DNA of 64,000 nucleotides from an uncultured Phycisphaerales bacterium. GTDB lineage: Bacteria > Planctomycetota > Phycisphaerae > Sedimentisphaerales > Anaerobacaceae. Where the stretch lies: positions 1 to 64,000 of the forward strand of contig OY970359.1 in NCBI GenBank assembly GCA_963718665.1. The letters run 5' to 3'. The position numbers were made by a program, and so were the translations under genes. The notes under the pieces are model-generated. The model searched no databases. It was not told the origin of the DNA and worked only from the letters and a program-made list of their open reading frames with translations. Positions 19,416-28,956 of the stretch are shown piece by piece. Position 1 is the stretch's first letter, and each line of letters begins with the position of its first letter.

Positions 19416-21248
19416 CTAAAACGACTTCATTAACATTATTACGACAAACAAAACGCCTATTAACGACCAGACGACATACAGCGAATAACTTCCAGTATGT
19501 GCCAGTTTTATCAAACTCGATACTCCCGCTGCGACCTTTACAGCGAAATCCTCATACAGCCAGTCGATTGCCCTGTCTATCCACCAGCCGAATCTCGATA
19601 AGCCCCGGACTATTTTTAACACGATATCATAAGGGTCAAACCAGCGGTTCTCGGCCTTTGTATAAATGCCCTCAAGGAACGGTGCGTGCCTGATATGGTC
19701 GCTCGCCTTGTACCCGCTGCCGTTGACTTTCGCCGCAAACAAATGATGCAGCAGCGCGCCAACAAGAACGATAACCGTAACCGTAATCAGCATTGTATTA
19801 GGGCTAAACTCGTGTCCCGCTAAGCGTTCCTCGCCCAAAATCGGCTTTATAAGGTTATCTAAAGGCAGATAATTCCACACGCCGAAAACCACGCATACCG
19901 ATGCGATAATTATCATCGGCACAAGCATCGGCAATGACGCTTCCCTGACGTTTTTGTTTTGTTCGCTAATCTTGCCCAAAAACGCTGCGTGCCCTAATTT
20001 CAAAAATGACGCCGCCGTAAGGAACGTGCCCAAAATCGCCGCTAAGTAAAACACATTTCCTCTTGCTAATGCCGCGTCGTAAACAAGCTCTTTCGAGTAA
20101 AATCCATTGAATGGCGGCACGCCGGAAATCGATGCCGCCGCTATCACGAAACATATAAAAGTAACCGGCATCTTTGACCACAGCCCGCCTAATTTCGCCA
20201 AATCGGTTGTCCCCGCCTGCTTTTCCACCGACCCCCCCGTAAGGAACAGGCAGCTCTTGTAAAGGGCGTGGTTTATCATGTGAAACAGACCGCCAATAAT
20301 CCCGATGGGCAGGCATGTGCCTATGCCAAGAATCATATACCCGACCTGGCTTATGGCGTGATACGAAAGCAGCCGTTTGTAATCCTTCTGCACAAGGGCC
20401 ATCATCACTGCCAGCAGGATTGTAATCGCGCCGATTATCATAAGCAGCGTGCTAATCCACGACTCGCCGCTGAGCTTGAATATATCGAGCGATATTCTCG
20501 CCAGAAGATAAATGCCTAAAAGCTTCTCCAGCGACGCTGGCAGGAACGCCATAAAGGGCAGTGGAGCGTCAACCGCCGCGTCGGGAATCCACGTATGGAA
20601 CGGAATCGCCCCAGCCTTTGATATCGCGCCCGTCATCATAAATACGAATGCCAGTGCGCTTAGCGAATCGACAACGGGCACATTCATTTTGGAAATCGTC
20701 ATCGTGCCCGCCAGATACCCCGCAATACCGATACCCATCATCAGGCACAAATCGGAAGTGCCCACGATAATAAATGACTTGGTCGCGGTTTTGAATGCCC
20801 CGGGCCTGCCAATCGCAATCATCCCGAACAGCGTCAGCAGCAGCCCCTCCCAGAAAAACAGCAACAGGACAAGATTATCCGCTAACACCGCGCCGTTGGT
20901 CATCGCCAGGGTTACTAATAAATAGCAATAAAATTGATTAAGGCGGGGCTTATCCCACATAAATGAACAACTGTAAAGCACGAAAAGAAACGAAAATGCC
21001 GAGGTCGCGACGAGAATAAACGCACTGAAGTGATACAGCCGCAAAGCAAAATCGATTCCGAAGCCCGTCCAGGGAATTGCGAAATTTATATTTTCTTTGA
21101 AAAGCGTTATGGTCAGGCCAAGTGTCGCAGCCGTGGCAAGCAGGGCAATTGCCTCCTTGACGCCTCGGATTTTCTGGCCTATCAGCAGAACCACTATCCC
21201 GGCGACAAAAGGTATGACTATTGGCAGTAAAATATAGCTGTCTGTCAT
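19416..21248 (-). CDS. Antiporter-like subunit (NuoL/MnhA-like)
   Basis: SKAGAIPFHTWIPDA, KRLLSYHAISQVGY, GVPPFNGFYSK; C-terminal amphipathic extension ...HTGSYSLYVVW. Start at MTDSYI. Confidence 0.9.
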   Translation of the reverse strand: MTDSYILLPIVIPFVAGIVVLLIGQKIRGVKEAIALLATAATLGLTITLFKENINFAIPWTGFGIDFALRLYHFSAFILVATSAFSFLFVLYSCSFMWDKPRLNQFYCYLLVTLAMTNGAVLADNLVLLLFFWEGLLLTLFGMIAIGRPGAFKTATKSFIIVGTSDLCLMMGIGIAGYLAGTMTISKMNVPVVDSLSALAFVFMMTGAISKAGAIPFHTWIPDAAVDAPLPFMAFLPASLEKLLGIYLLARISLDIFKLSGESWISTLLMIIGAITILLAVMMALVQKDYKRLLSYHAISQVGYMILGIGTCLPIGIIGGLFHMINHALYKSCLFLTGGSVEKQAGTTDLAKLGGLWSKMPVTFICFVIAAASISGVPPFNGFYSKELVYDAALARGNVFYLAAILGTFLTAASFLKLGHAAFLGKISEQNKNVREASLPMLVPMIIIASVCVVFGVWNYLPLDNLIKPILGEERLAGHEFSPNTMLITVTVIVLVGALLHHLFAAKVNGSGYKASDHIRHAPFLEGIYTKAENRWFDPYDIVLKIVRGLSRFGWWIDRAIDWLYEDFAVKVAAGVSSLIKLAHTGSYSLYVVWSLIGVLFVVIMLMKSF

Positions 21249-22690
21249 CTGATTACCCCCGGCAGATGTTGAATCGCGGCCATAACGAACTGCGTCGGCC
21301 ACGCAATCGCGAATCCCGCGACAATCGATAATACCGCAAGCGACGCGACGCTAATAACCATCGTGGCTGACCCCTCCTTGGCAAGCTTGGTCTTCGGCTC
21401 GCCCAAAAACACCATACTGAATACTCGCAGCAGGTAAATAATGGTCATAATCGCGCCGATTAAGAAAGTCAGCATAATCCACAAATCATTTGCCTGAACA
21501 GTGCTCGTCATAACCATAAATTTGCTGAAGAACCCGCCAAATGGCGGAATCCCCATAACCGAAAACGAACAGAACAGAAAAGCCATCGCCGTAATTGGCA
21601 TCGTCTTAATCAACCCGCCCAATTTGGTGATGTCCTTTGTATGGGTATTCTGCTCAACAATTCCCGCGCACAGGAACAACCCGCCCTTAGCCAAACCATG
21701 CATCATAATATAAAGGAGACCGCCGGTGATGCCGATTTCGTTGCCGATGGAGAGGCCCAGGAAGATGAAACCAATCTGGCTTACGGTAGAATAGGCAATT
21801 ATGCGTTTCAAATCGGTATCGACCATCGCCGCCGCTGCGGAAACCAATGCGCTTGCGCCCGCGACTATCGGCACTATCGTATGCCACGAATCATCAATCG
21901 TAAACGTCGCGATAAACAGCCGTGCGAAGACATAAACGCCTATCTTAACAAGCAACGCCGCGTGCAGCAGGGCGGTAACCGGACTCGGGGCCACGCCTGC
22001 GTCGGGCAGCCACGTATGGAATGGGAGGGTGGCGGATTTTGAAAAGATGCCCGCGAGCATTAGAAGGACCGCCAGATTCGATAAGTGGGTCGTGCCGAGG
22101 GTTTCTTTTATGGTCTGGAGGTCGAAAGAGCCGGTTTGCTGGTAAACAATGACGAAGCCGATGAGCATCAAAAGTGAGCCGAACATCGTAACAATGAATG
22201 CCTTGTCGGCTTTAATGACGTGCAGCTTTTCCCTGAAAAACCCGATGAGCCGCCAGCTTGTTATGGCTGTGATTTCCCAGAAAAGATACAGGAATACGAG
22301 GTTGCCTGAGAAAATCAGGCCCAGCATACCGCCCAAAAACAGCAGGACCATCAGGTAGTATTCGTTCTGGTTTTCGTAATGGCTGATGTAGCCAAAAGAG
22401 TAAAAAATGATGATTGCGCTTATAAAAGCGGAAACAATCGCCATAAATACCGCTAACCCGTCGGCGTACAGGGTGAAATTGAATATGTTATTGATATTGG
22501 CCGTGAAATTGAGCGGCCCCGCGAGCATAACCGTGGGCAACAGAGCGATTACTAATAGAAGGGGTATTAGAGCCAGCGCCAGCGCAAGGAGATTTCGCAG
22601 GCCCGTGGAAATTCGGCCCGCCAGAGGCAGAATAAACGCCCCGATACACGGCACAAGAACTACGCAAAGGAGCATCAATCGATTATCCAT
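21245..22690 (-). CDS. Antiporter-like subunit (NuoL/M, MnhA/D-like)
   Basis: FWEITAITSWRLIGF, KSATLPFHTWLPDA, KRIIAYSTVSQIG, GIPPFGGFFSK. Confidence 0.9.
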   Translation of the reverse strand: MDNRLMLLCVVLVPCIGAFILPLAGRISTGLRNLLALALALIPLLLVIALLPTVMLAGPLNFTANINNIFNFTLYADGLAVFMAIVSAFISAIIIFYSFGYISHYENQNEYYLMVLLFLGGMLGLIFSGNLVFLYLFWEITAITSWRLIGFFREKLHVIKADKAFIVTMFGSLLMLIGFVIVYQQTGSFDLQTIKETLGTTHLSNLAVLLMLAGIFSKSATLPFHTWLPDAGVAPSPVTALLHAALLVKIGVYVFARLFIATFTIDDSWHTIVPIVAGASALVSAAAAMVDTDLKRIIAYSTVSQIGFIFLGLSIGNEIGITGGLLYIMMHGLAKGGLFLCAGIVEQNTHTKDITKLGGLIKTMPITAMAFLFCSFSVMGIPPFGGFFSKFMVMTSTVQANDLWIMLTFLIGAIMTIIYLLRVFSMVFLGEPKTKLAKEGSATMVISVASLAVLSIVAGFAIAWPTQFVMAAIQHLPGVIR

Positions 22691-22831
22691 AATCGCCCGT
22701 TTACCTGAAAAAGAGTCAAAACGAATTCCTTACACTGTTTACAAAAGGATGAGGCATATTAGCGACTTATTGGCCGATAGTCAAACAGAATATCGGATGG
22801 TTTTTGGCATAGGTTTTTTAGACGCGGATTC

Positions 22832-22868
22832 ACCCCGTGAGATAGGCGAAGCTGCCATCTAACGGGGT
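22832..22868. repeat. Palindromic element of the ACCCCGT...ACGGGGT family, copy 2
   Basis: ACCCCGTGAGAT...ATCTAACGGGGT, one mismatch. Confidence 0.75.
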
Positions 22869-23035
22869 CAATTAAAACTTGTTGTCTTATCAGGGACTTA
22901 GTGGTAAAGAAACGCACCTTTTACCATCAACTTTGCTGTCCGACAAACGCCTTTATAGTAAAAGGTTAAGTTTTTGCTGACAGATAGGTTCCCAATTAGA
23001 TTCGTAAGGACAGGGTATTTTTTGGAGGATACAAA

Positions 23036-23863
23036 ATGAACCGCAAAACAATTCTCTCAATTTCGGTTGTCGTTTTGTTATTTGTTGTCTACAAGCCAGC
23101 GAATCTTGCTGCCTCGCCGATTGGGACGGCATTTACTTATCAGGGACGTCTAATCGACGCCAATAATGCTGCAAATGGCTTGTATGATTTTCAGTTCAAG
23201 CTGTTCGATGCCAATAGCGCCGGTAACGAGTTAGGGACGGACGTGAATCTGCCGGAAGTTAATGTGGTTAACGGATATTTCACCGTTGAACTGGATTTCG
23301 GCAGTGTCTTTGACGGCAATGAACGATGGCTTGATATTGGCGTTCGGCCCGGCGACCAAAACGACCCCAACGTATACACGCTTCTGAGTCCACGGCAAAA
23401 AGTAACCCCTACTCCATATGCATTACAAACTCGGGGCATATTTGTAGATAACGCAGGCGACGTCGGCATCGGAACAACGGGGCCGAATTACAAACTTGAT
23501 GTCAACGGTAATGTTAATGCCACGGCTTATTACGGGGATGGCTCTCATTTAACAGGGGTAACATCTGCTGGTTTTGGAGCTTGGGTGGATAAAACCAGCA
23601 ATTATGGCGCACAGCAGGCGGCAACAGATGGATTTGTGGTTGTAATGGGTAATGGCAATAATTCTATGGCCCTTTCCATTTATACAGATAATAATCCAAA
23701 TCCAACAACCGAAAGACAAGGTGGAGGATCATGGAGTAATTCTGGAGGGGCAGGACAGTTAAATTTTTGTTGTCCTGTAAGAAAAAATGATTATTGGAAA
23801 GTAGTCGTTCCTAATCAGCCAAATGGAGATTTTAAAGTTTGGTGGATACCATTAGGGAATTAA
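23036..23863 (+). CDS. Secreted tail-fibre-like protein 1 (GTAFTYQGRL N-domain, fibre repeat, variable tip)
   Basis: GGAGGA SD; signal peptide; GTAFTYQGRL; GDVGIGTTGPNYKLDVNG; YYGDGSHLTGV; tip with AATDGFV...CPVRKNDYWKV. Confidence 0.75.
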   Translation: MNRKTILSISVVVLLFVVYKPANLAASPIGTAFTYQGRLIDANNAANGLYDFQFKLFDANSAGNELGTDVNLPEVNVVNGYFTVELDFGSVFDGNERWLDIGVRPGDQNDPNVYTLLSPRQKVTPTPYALQTRGIFVDNAGDVGIGTTGPNYKLDVNGNVNATAYYGDGSHLTGVTSAGFGAWVDKTSNYGAQQAATDGFVVVMGNGNNSMALSIYTDNNPNPTTERQGGGSWSNSGGAGQLNFCCPVRKNDYWKVVVPNQPNGDFKVWWIPLGN

Positions 23864-23924
23864 TAAATTATGAAAAAGCCATAAGGACAGAAATAAAAAA
23901 GGTATTTCTTGAAAGGTTAAGAAA

Positions 23925-24716
23925 ATGAAATGCGGAGGAATTTTGAAAATTTTGTTTGTAGTAGTATGTCTTGCGGTTTCGTCGGTTCAATTTGCTATGG
24001 CTGGACCATTAGGCACAGCCTTTACCTATCAAGGACGTCTCATTGACGCCAACAAAGCGGCGAACGGCTTGTATGATTTTCAGTTCAAGCTTTTCGATGC
24101 CAATAGTGCCGGTAACGAGTTAGGGACGGACGTGAATCTGCCGGAAGTTAATGTGATTAACGGCTATTTCACTGTCGAACTGGATTTCGGCAGTGCCTTT
24201 GATGGCAATGAACGATGGCTGGAGATTGGTGTGCGGGCAGGGAACCTCAACGACCCCAACGTGTACACGACTCTAACTCCACGACAAAAAGTGACACCAG
24301 CACCCTATGCGATTTATGCCGCGACTGCAGGCGGAGTCAGCAACAACAACGGTACTTTGCCTTCAGGAGTTATCGTTATGTGGTCTGGTTTAATAGCCAG
24401 CATTCCTGCCGGTTGGGCTTTGTGTGACGGAAATAACGGTACGCTTGACCTAAGGGACAGATTTATTGTCGGCGCAGGTAGCTCATATAGCGTTGGCGAT
24501 ACAGGCGGTGAGGCGTTTCATACCTTAACCATCGATGAAATGCCTCCGCACACGCATTCTTACCGTTATTGGCCTGGATGGTATTTTTCTGGGAGCTCTG
24601 AATATGGAGCAAAAGGCAGTCCTGACGATAGTCATCAGACCGGAAGCACAGGTGGCGGTAAACCTCATGAAAACCGCCCTCCGTATTATGCCTTGGCTTA
24701 TATTATGAAGCTGTAA
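23925..24716 (+). CDS. Secreted tail-fibre-like protein 2 (same N-domain plus phage tail-collar/short-fibre-like C-domain)
   Basis: Signal peptide AMA-G; N-domain near-identical to the previous gene; PSGVIVMWSG..IPAGWALCDG..DLRDRFIVGAG..TLTIDEMPPHTH..PHENRPPYYALAYIMK. Confidence 0.8.
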   Translation: MKCGGILKILFVVVCLAVSSVQFAMAGPLGTAFTYQGRLIDANKAANGLYDFQFKLFDANSAGNELGTDVNLPEVNVINGYFTVELDFGSAFDGNERWLEIGVRAGNLNDPNVYTTLTPRQKVTPAPYAIYAATAGGVSNNNGTLPSGVIVMWSGLIASIPAGWALCDGNNGTLDLRDRFIVGAGSSYSVGDTGGEAFHTLTIDEMPPHTHSYRYWPGWYFSGSSEYGAKGSPDDSHQTGSTGGGKPHENRPPYYALAYIMKL

Positions 24717-24720
24717 AGGA

Positions 24721-25137
24721 GTGTCGAAAATGAATATTTATAGTCAAAAAGGCAAGTTCACAGTTTTAATATGTTTTCTCATTACAGTACCGGCATTTTG
24801 CCAAAGCGGCGGGAATTATAACTTGAGTTGGAGCACGATAGACGGCGGCGGGGGGACAAGCAATGGCGGGCAATATGTGCTTATGGGCACGATAGGTCAG
24901 CCGGATGCGGCTAATTCAGCAGGCGGTAACTATGAATTGCTTGGCGGCTTTTGGCCCGGCGGGCTTCTGTGCTTTGTTGATTTCCCTGACTTTGCAATCT
25001 TTGCACAATATTGGCTTGAAACCGGCGTCGGCCTGCCTGCCGACCTTGACGGCAATGGAATAGTAAACCTGGATGACCTCAAGCTTTTCGTTAATGAATG
25101 GCTGTGCTTCTGCCCCTACAACTGGCCGTTAAACTAA
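24721..25137 (+). CDS. Small secreted Gly-rich protein with C-terminal dockerin-like (EF-hand-like) domain
   Basis: Signal peptide; YNLSWSTIDGGGGTS..GTIGQPDA..LLGGFW; VDFPDFAIFAQYWL..ADLDGNGIVNLDDL..EWL. Confidence 0.75.
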   Translation: MSKMNIYSQKGKFTVLICFLITVPAFCQSGGNYNLSWSTIDGGGGTSNGGQYVLMGTIGQPDAANSAGGNYELLGGFWPGGLLCFVDFPDFAIFAQYWLETGVGLPADLDGNGIVNLDDLKLFVNEWLCFCPYNWPLN

Positions 25138-25248
25138 GGTTTGAAGTAAGAGAAAGTGAAGCCGAGGATTTATCTTCGCAAGATTTAGGCGGGGGGGTTA
25201 AGAATTGAAAAAAGCTTGTTTTCTTTCCAGTTTAACAATATACTACTA

Positions 25249-25304
25249 ACCACTAAGACCCAAAGACACAAAGTGTATTCTTGGTGCCTTAGTGACTTTG
25301 TGGT
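25249..25304. repeat. Imperfect hairpin built from short degenerate CAC(T/A)AAG-type units
   Basis: ACCACTAAGACCCAAAGACACAAAG is nearly complementary to CTTGGTGCCTTAGTGACTTTGTGGT. Confidence 0.7.
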
Positions 25305-25495
25305 GAAGATTAAAGAGGTTCGCACCTTTGCCTGACAATATTGCTAAACGGCAGGAGTGCTTATAAATAGTAAGGAAATAAGTATGGTGGTATTGGATTT
25401 TCAATTAATAATTAAATAAGAACAGGACCGCAATGGAAGAAGAAAACTACTATACTGCCCCTATCAAAATCAAGAGGAATTTTCCTCGTTGCCAA

Positions 25496-26035
25496 TTATA
25501 GAGATTCTACCCAGCCATTGATCAACTCTGGTAAAAGCGCTTCGGTTTGCGCCTTTATTATGACAGGCAGAATCGGCCTTTTTTTTCGGTCCTTCAGGAT
25601 GAGAGCGACATCATCTCTATTATAGGCAATTTTGATTTCGATTGAACTTGGTATAATTTCAAGAACCTTATCTTTATCCTTGTTAAGTTTATCAGGGTAG
25701 CCCGTAACGGCACATACCAGCATATCATTTCGCTTAAGAAATTCCGGAATACCACTACCATCTTGTACTAGTTTCCCGATTAATTCTCGGATTACTCTAA
25801 GCCCATACGTTACATCAAGTTCGTGAGGGTCTCTCACTAGGTCCACTAGGAAGACAGTCGGTCCATCAACAAGGTTGTTCGCTTTGCCTGCAACTACAGA
25901 TGGAAGAAACGCTACTCCTTGCTCATCTTTGTAATTAATAGGATTCGTCACTATACCAGGGACTTTTTCTTCACAACTAGTCAACAGTCTTTTTTGTGGC
26001 CATTTGTGATCTTCAAAGGATATGACGCGTGCCAT
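25496..26035 (-). CDS. Divergent receiver-like protein
   Basis: RVISFED (beta1 acidic pair), VFLVDL (phospho-Asp position), G-L, VTGY, terminal IIK; AGGAG SD; downstream of the kinase. Confidence 0.55.
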   Translation of the reverse strand: MARVISFEDHKWPQKRLLTSCEEKVPGIVTNPINYKDEQGVAFLPSVVAGKANNLVDGPTVFLVDLVRDPHELDVTYGLRVIRELIGKLVQDGSGIPEFLKRNDMLVCAVTGYPDKLNKDKDKVLEIIPSSIEIKIAYNRDDVALILKDRKKRPILPVIIKAQTEALLPELINGWVESL

Positions 26036-26070
26036 AAATTACTCCTATATCAAAATTCTATTCCAATTGC

Positions 26071-28674
26071 CTAATTTTGTGTAGGCATGAAGAATTCAAA
26101 TAATGTATTGCATTTTCTCATATCGATAGGTACATCAGAATTACTGGAAAAATAATCTTCATTATCGAGAACATATCTGATGTCGCCTCCATATACTCGA
26201 AGAATTGCCTTGGCAACGTGCAAACCAGCCCCGTGGTCCTCTCGCGAAGGGCTTGACGCGAGTTCAAAGGGATTCTTTTCCGATGGTTTTCCCGTATTGC
26301 CAACACAAATGTAATAATTATTTCCTTTTTTTCTAATCCAAATGAAGGCATGCCTGTTTTCCAGAGTAATGTTGTTTGGGGGTTCGTTGTCCCAGCCATG
26401 CAGGACAACATTCTTCAGAAGATTTAACAGGACAGAATAGAACACTCCACTGATTGTGGTTTTATTGTTTACGCCAACACCATACCCTATTTTCCAAGGC
26501 GTCCGGTCGTTTCGGAAATCCACGGCGGCTGCAATTGCTTTATCAACATACTCTCCAATAGAACGCTCTCCGAACTCACTGAGTCCTCGGTCTCTTATTA
26601 CGGTCCCCTCTGTATTGGAAAGCAATGCTTTGACTTCAGCGGATTTCAGCATCATCGTTAACGTATATACTTCAAGATCTTCGATAGCTTCTTTTTTTTC
26701 TGTCCCAGCAACACTGTCGCTCTTCAGACATTCGACCGCTTCCTCGGCTTCTGCACTCAGGCCGGGAATCATATGCCTGAAACTATGTATGGCAAACTCC
26801 AAAGAACTCACCTGAAGTAGTTTTCCAAGTGAACTCGAAAGCCCGAGAATGTAACGTCTTTCCCACCATTCAATCTCATGTAATCCCGGAAATTTCAACC
26901 AAACTAAGGCTATAGGCCTTATCTGGTCTGAAACTACAAAAGCAACACGGGTATGAATTTCGTCATCCGTGTTTTGGCTCAAATGAATTTTGTCTGCCTC
27001 AGGGAGATGTTCCTGATCGGTAATTGAATAGCAATAGAAATCATCTGGCAATCGCTTAAAATTGGGGACATTATTCGGCGGCTGGGTTCTGGAGAATACT
27101 TGTAAGTAGTAATTTGACTGTAGACCTAGGCCGTACCGCATTTTTGCAGGAAGGCAAACATAAAGACTAAAAAAGATGTGACCAGGATTTGGTGCATTAA
27201 GCCGGATAAGGGTTTGGCTAAATCCTGCTTCATGCGAGTTCCACGGTCCTCGAATTCCTACTTGTGGATCACTTGGTTCAACGTCAACGGCCTTGGGAGA
27301 GTTCGCCTCGAATTTAATGCCATTGGAGATATATGCCGTTCCGTCTTTATTGATTATATCTATAGGCCAGAATGTACCCCATTCAGCCCCTAGAGCCGAT
27401 AATACCCCTTTCATCAAAAAAGAAGGATCGGCAGAACTGGGAATACTCATCTGGCTTGTATAGAAATCAAGAGCTGAGGACATTCTTTCACGTTGCCGAT
27501 ATTGGTCAAGGCAAAGGAGGCCATATCTCGCTAGGTTTTCGAGTGTGCGCATAGCTCGAGCTTGGGGATCGAGGAAACAACCGTCCCTGGGACTTGTTAA
27601 GCGAATAACTGCTTTTACTTCATCTTCGTGAACAACAGGGACAACCATCAAAGATTTGCAGACCGCCGATTCAATTTCATGGGGCCATGCCCCTTTCTTG
27701 TTTTCATCTGGAGTATCACAATCATAGAACCTGACGCCGTTCCCCACGAAGTATTTTCGTTCTTCAATGCAAGTATCCGTAATAGTACCAGGTTGGATAA
27801 TTATAGTTCGGGTCATTTTAAGGTCGGGGTTGCCGTCAAAAATGCGACCAAATTTTCTTCCAATGAGAATTATTAGATCTGCATATCCTCCAAAGTTTTC
27901 AGTTGCTTTCAATGCTGCTTCCCGAATGATGTTTGCGATCTGGTACTCTGCTTTTGCTCCAACAATCTCATTCATAGACTGTGGTTCAAGAGCCGAATTA
28001 AGTTCTCGAAGAAGATATTCTGGCGTCCATTGGACGGTTGGCATATCTTCATGGTATATCCTATCAATAAGCAGTTCACGGATGATGTCAGAAATAAAGC
28101 GTATCACTTTCTTGAGTGGTGGAGTAAAAACCGGTCTTTTCTCTGTGACGAAAAAATTGAAGAACAACTGGCCTACTTTGTTGCCTGTTTGTCCCAATCC
28201 CTTCCACATATATATTTTCGCTGTCGCCAATCGCCCCTGTTGTTTATGTTCAGAAAGATATTTATCCAACTCTCTTTTTCGAAAATTACCCTGTGTTACT
28301 CCTTTCAATGGCCGGTTACATTTTGTGGCCAGCTGTCTTATGTAGGTATCGAATTCATCATTATTTTCCAACCAGATGCCGTTTCGCCCCGCGTCAGATG
28401 TTGAGGAATCCCATTGAAAAATAATTTTGTCTGTAGGTCCACGCATTAGTTCTCTTTGAGTAACACCTGGCATCGCTATAACATCAAGCTGTTCGGTTGC
28501 TCGGTTATGGGCATAGACAATTATTGAAGAGGTTTCCAAGTACTCGTGTGCTACTTGAGCAATAGACTTGACACGGTTTGATATCTCAAAGTTGGAAGCA
28601 GCGATAGCACCGCATAGAGTCATTAGGGCATCGATATTAGCATCGGTTGGCATTTGGTAATCCCTTTCTGTCAT
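26071..28674 (-). CDS. Multi-GAF sensor histidine kinase-like protein (divergent)
   Basis: GAF-like KSLMVVPVVHEDEVKAVIRL; putative H-box FRHMIP; N-box LLNLLKNVVLHG; G1 VGNTG; G2 HGAGLHVAKAILRVYGGDI; AT-rich; AGGAGG SD. Confidence 0.7.
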   Translation of the reverse strand: MTERDYQMPTDANIDALMTLCGAIAASNFEISNRVKSIAQVAHEYLETSSIIVYAHNRATEQLDVIAMPGVTQRELMRGPTDKIIFQWDSSTSDAGRNGIWLENNDEFDTYIRQLATKCNRPLKGVTQGNFRKRELDKYLSEHKQQGRLATAKIYMWKGLGQTGNKVGQLFFNFFVTEKRPVFTPPLKKVIRFISDIIRELLIDRIYHEDMPTVQWTPEYLLRELNSALEPQSMNEIVGAKAEYQIANIIREAALKATENFGGYADLIILIGRKFGRIFDGNPDLKMTRTIIIQPGTITDTCIEERKYFVGNGVRFYDCDTPDENKKGAWPHEIESAVCKSLMVVPVVHEDEVKAVIRLTSPRDGCFLDPQARAMRTLENLARYGLLCLDQYRQRERMSSALDFYTSQMSIPSSADPSFLMKGVLSALGAEWGTFWPIDIINKDGTAYISNGIKFEANSPKAVDVEPSDPQVGIRGPWNSHEAGFSQTLIRLNAPNPGHIFFSLYVCLPAKMRYGLGLQSNYYLQVFSRTQPPNNVPNFKRLPDDFYCYSITDQEHLPEADKIHLSQNTDDEIHTRVAFVVSDQIRPIALVWLKFPGLHEIEWWERRYILGLSSSLGKLLQVSSLEFAIHSFRHMIPGLSAEAEEAVECLKSDSVAGTEKKEAIEDLEVYTLTMMLKSAEVKALLSNTEGTVIRDRGLSEFGERSIGEYVDKAIAAAVDFRNDRTPWKIGYGVGVNNKTTISGVFYSVLLNLLKNVVLHGWDNEPPNNITLENRHAFIWIRKKGNNYYICVGNTGKPSEKNPFELASSPSREDHGAGLHVAKAILRVYGGDIRYVLDNEDYFSSNSDVPIDMRKCNTLFEFFMPTQN

Positions 28675-28822
28675 TCACTCGCTTGCCTCCTAAATTCTCG
28701 GGCATGACAAACTGTGTAACCGTGCTTTATTCTCTCTGAAAACCCCTTTTAAGTCTGCTATATAAAGCCAAAACAAACCATCAAAAAAACACCGTCGAGA
28801 GCGAAAAATACCAATTGAATAT

Positions 28823-28851
28823 ATTATAGACAAGAGTTTTCGTCATGTCAA
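28823..28851 (-). promoter_or_regulatory. Consensus sigma70 promoter for the kinase operon
   Basis: Minus strand reads TTGACA-17 nt-TATAAT exactly. Confidence 0.8.
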
Positions 28852-28956
28852 GCAATCAGTGTCGAAATATGGAATAGCTTAGGAACATCCATTCGGCATT
28901 GCCCTTGTTTTGTTATCAAGGCCTGCAGGCGAATTTAGCGAGTAGCGGACAGCGTT

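Noticed and set aside
12646..22690. Annotation as NADH:quinone oxidoreductase (nuo operon)
   Set aside because: Ni-binding CxxC pairs, a maturation protease and the absence of NuoEFG indicate a hydrogenase.
23036..24716. Diversity-generating retroelement (template/variable repeat pair)
   Set aside because: The shared region is N-terminal, differences are not adenine-specific, and no reverse transcriptase is in the window.
25432..25501. Short ORF MEEENYYTAPIKIKRNFPRCQL at the island edge
   Set aside because: Too short and without recognisable similarity; could be a truncated gene start but unsupported.
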